Below are positions 33,928 to 35,191 of a DNA stretch of 35,191 nucleotides, piece by piece. A program made the translations under genes and the position numbers. Position 1 is the first letter of the stretch, and each line of letters begins with the position of its first letter. This stretch comes from Candidatus Parcubacteria bacterium (lineage in GTDB: Bacteria; Patescibacteriota; Minisyncoccia; UBA6257; 2-01-FULL-56-20): assembly GCA_027449645.1 (NCBI GenBank), contig DAIDLF010000028.1:1-35191 (forward strand). Direction: 5' to 3'. The notes beneath the pieces were generated by a model that did not search any database, was not told the origin of the DNA, and was given only the letters and a program-made list of their open reading frames with translations.

Positions 33928-35109
33928 ATGTCAAAAGAAAATATCCATGCGGAAGGACCACTGCAGGAATATCAGGAGGGCGATTTTTCGTTCTTCAGGG
34001 AAGAGATCAAACATCTCCTAGAAACGCGCGCCGCCGTCACCGATTCCGGGAAAAGCGGCCTCGTGTTCCGCGTTGATGCTTCGGAAATATCCCCCGAAAA
34101 CCAGGAACAGCTCCGCTTCCCTCCCGAGGACGATCCCGAGAATGCGCTTTCCATGAAAGCGTTCAAGGTATTCAATCTGGAAACGGCAAAGAAGGAGTTT
34201 CATATTCTGCAAAAGGCCCGGCGCGTGATGCAGGAGGGGGCGACCGACCCTTCCGTGCCGATGTTCCGCGTCCCCCGCGCCATCCGGTTCGACGAAATGG
34301 AAGTGGACAAAGCGGCAGAAGAGCTTCTCAACAAGAATGGTGCCGCCATTTTCGACGGCAAAATCGGGGTCATTACCATGGACTGGATAGAGGGGAAAAA
34401 CCTGGGCGTATATCTCTATGAAGCGGCCCTTGCCATGGCGGAGAAAAACAAGAGCATTCCTCCTGAATCGCCCAAGACCATGGAAGATTTTCGGGCGCTT
34501 GCGCGGACCCTGGAAAAATCAGGATATGTGTTCCCTCAGGAGATATTCTCCCAGCTGAAGCACGGCATCCCCGTATTGCACGAAGGGAAGGTGTGGCACA
34601 ATGACCTTTATCCCCCGAATATGATCGTGCGCCCCGACGGGCAGCTGTATATGATCGACTTCGGCGACGCGAGCGAGGAACACGATGATGCCGATGGCGC
34701 CGCGGGGACGCCGCTCCTTTCGGATGAAAACATCGTCCGCATGCTCGAGCCGCTGACCAAGACCTCCGGAGACAAGGAAAAGGAGCGCCGGGAAAGCGAT
34801 GTACAAGGATGGAACGGCCGCATGGCGGGCATCGACAGCAAACCGCACACAAAACGACAGTATGCGATGCTGAGGGATGCCGCGGAAAAGAACGACTTCG
34901 CCGTCCTTGAAAACCAGCTTATCGGGTCCTCTTCGTCCGACCAGGACCTTGAAAATTATCTTGCTGCCCTCTTTGTGATCTCGCAGGAAGATGATGTTTC
35001 CCGAGAGCACATCCGTTCCTTTTTGGACGGCTACCCCGACAAGAAGACCGGGACAAGGAGCTTTGTCCTGAACCGCCTGAAGGCGCTTCGGGCGGCGATG
35101 GCAATATAG
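33928..35109 (+). CDS. Protein kinase-like (RIO/Bud32/APH fold) protein
   Basis: Gly loop DSGKSGLVF, beta3 Lys MKAFK, alphaC KKEF, hinge ITMDWIEG, catalytic HNDLYPPNMIV, and MIDFG. Confidence 0.85.
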   Translation: MSKENIHAEGPLQEYQEGDFSFFREEIKHLLETRAAVTDSGKSGLVFRVDASEISPENQEQLRFPPEDDPENALSMKAFKVFNLETAKKEFHILQKARRVMQEGATDPSVPMFRVPRAIRFDEMEVDKAAEELLNKNGAAIFDGKIGVITMDWIEGKNLGVYLYEAALAMAEKNKSIPPESPKTMEDFRALARTLEKSGYVFPQEIFSQLKHGIPVLHEGKVWHNDLYPPNMIVRPDGQLYMIDFGDASEEHDDADGAAGTPLLSDENIVRMLEPLTKTSGDKEKERRESDVQGWNGRMAGIDSKPHTKRQYAMLRDAAEKNDFAVLENQLIGSSSSDQDLENYLAALFVISQEDDVSREHIRSFLDGYPDKKTGTRSFVLNRLKALRAAMAI

Positions 35110-35158
35110 GAGAGAGTGAGGTAAGATAGACAAAGGTTAGTTATTCCCTCCTCGATTT

Positions 35159-35191
35159 CGGGCCGTAGTATACCGGTAGTACGAGCGCATG
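35159..35191 (+). tRNA. 5' part of a tRNA, probably tRNA-Pro(GGG), cut by the window end
   Basis: CGGGCCG-TA-GTAT-ACCGGTA-GTAC-G-AGCGC-AT-G. The C1 start is typical of tRNA-Pro; only the first anticodon base is visible. Confidence 0.7.

Noticed and set aside
1-35191. Alternative genetic code (TGA=Gly, as in Gracilibacteria/Absconditabacteria)
   Set aside because: Conserved genes translate full-length in code 11 and several end at TGA at plausible positions (e.g. rpiB, NUDIX, 1302-1943).

Overview
GC-rich chromosomal segment of a Candidate Phyla Radiation (Patescibacteria, Parcubacteria-like) bacterium. The assignment is inferred from gene content: a split transketolase with rpiB/rpe/pfkB/fba, pilin-LamG fusions, coiled-coil plus PG-binding surface proteins, a VirD4-like ATPase, and near absence of Shine-Dalgarno sites. 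Housekeeping genes are tRNA-Val(CAC), rplL/rplJ with an L10 leader, ychF, tatD, metG, an M16 peptidase, rplY, pentose-phosphate/glycolysis genes, prsW, hsp20, rpmB and a partial tRNA-Pro. They are interspersed with surface and secreted-protein genes. The most striking feature is a four-gene + strand unit (3563-9066): a 708-aa acidic disordered protein with a basic C-terminal tail, a Clp/Hsp100 ATPase with a degenerate first ring, a small helical protein and a soluble VirD4/TrwB-like ATPase. It lies behind a sigma70 promoter and an apparently complete cobalamin-type riboswitch attenuator (aptamer, kissing loop, antiterminator, terminator). Other notable items are a bacterial vasohibin-like cysteine protease, an SGNH-esterase/beta-solenoid tailspike-like adhesin, tandem variable pilin-LamG genes, and a repeated leaderless-promoter architecture. 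No CRISPR array, integrase, transposase or prophage module was recognised. All calls come from motif reading only; no searches were run.
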